A stretch of 64,000 nucleotides of DNA from Guillardia theta CCMP2712 (lineage: Eukaryota > Protista > Cryptophyta), in contig NW_005434647.1 in NCBI RefSeq assembly GCF_000315625.1, positions 418,936-482,935 of the forward strand. Reading direction: 5' to 3'. Position numbers and translations under genes: made by a program. Position 1 is the stretch's first letter; every line of letters begins with the position of its first letter. The notes beneath the pieces are model-generated. The model was not told where the DNA came from and made no database searches. It saw only the letters and a program-made list of their open reading frames with translations. Positions 63,651-64,000 of this stretch are shown piece by piece.

Positions 63651-64000
63651 TTACCATGAGAGGCCGCTTACACTCAGATTTCCTCCTTGGTTTGCTGCTC
63701 TTTCTTCCTGGCCTTGTCCGCTTTTAGAGTTCCATGCACAGCAACTCCCTGCGAGAAACATGAGGGGCAGGAGGAACGAAGCAGCTTCTTGCCTTGGTGG
63801 TGCCACCGTATATCTCGTGCGTGTTCTGGTAAATGTTGGGATCCCACGGCACCTTAGGGTGCTTCGACTCGTGATGCATCTCCATGTTCTTCAGGCTCGG
63901 AGCTTGCATCATACACAGCGGGCATATCAGTCTACGTGAACAGGTCAAAGGACATCAGGAGTTTGACCTGCAAGACTCACTTGGCATGTCCTGCCTTTCC
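63651..64000 (-). CDS. Small ZNF706/4F5-type C2H2 zinc-finger protein, 5' end beyond the right edge
   Basis: GKAGHAK/LICPLCMMQAPSLKNMEMHHESKHPKVPW...GGTTK/GVAVHG. Confidence 0.8.

Overview
This is gene-dense eukaryotic nuclear DNA with many short (mostly about 45-60 nt) spliceosomal introns, microsatellite-expanded introns and three 100-N assembly gaps. Intron size, compact spacing and bipartite (signal + transit) leaders suggest an alga with a complex red-type plastid, most likely a cryptophyte (inference). Recognisable genes are RPLP2, TSR3, class II lysyl-tRNA synthetase, tRNA-Arg(TCT), a MORN1-like gene, a second MORN protein, RCC1-repeat and RNI-like LRR proteins, an FkbM methyltransferase, a fucosyltransferase/GT25-like fusion, a prefoldin-4-like protein with a secretory leader, a SAP-domain protein with a plastid-type leader, a ZNF706-like finger, a triplicated C2-domain gene and a large RIIa/Dpy-30 + EF-hand + ADP-ribosyltransferase + ankyrin protein. 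The most unusual signals are: (1) six GC-rich, palindrome-dense intergenic islands, three carrying the same ~50-bp AT-rich element, seen once as a perfect 26-bp inverted repeat and once disrupted by micro-insertions; (2) ubiquitin-like (R/L)LRGG motifs at the end of two N-terminal leaders; (3) a homogenised C2 triplet with focal in-frame variable patches; (4) the ART-ankyrin protein. All gene models were spliced by eye, so exon boundaries are approximate.
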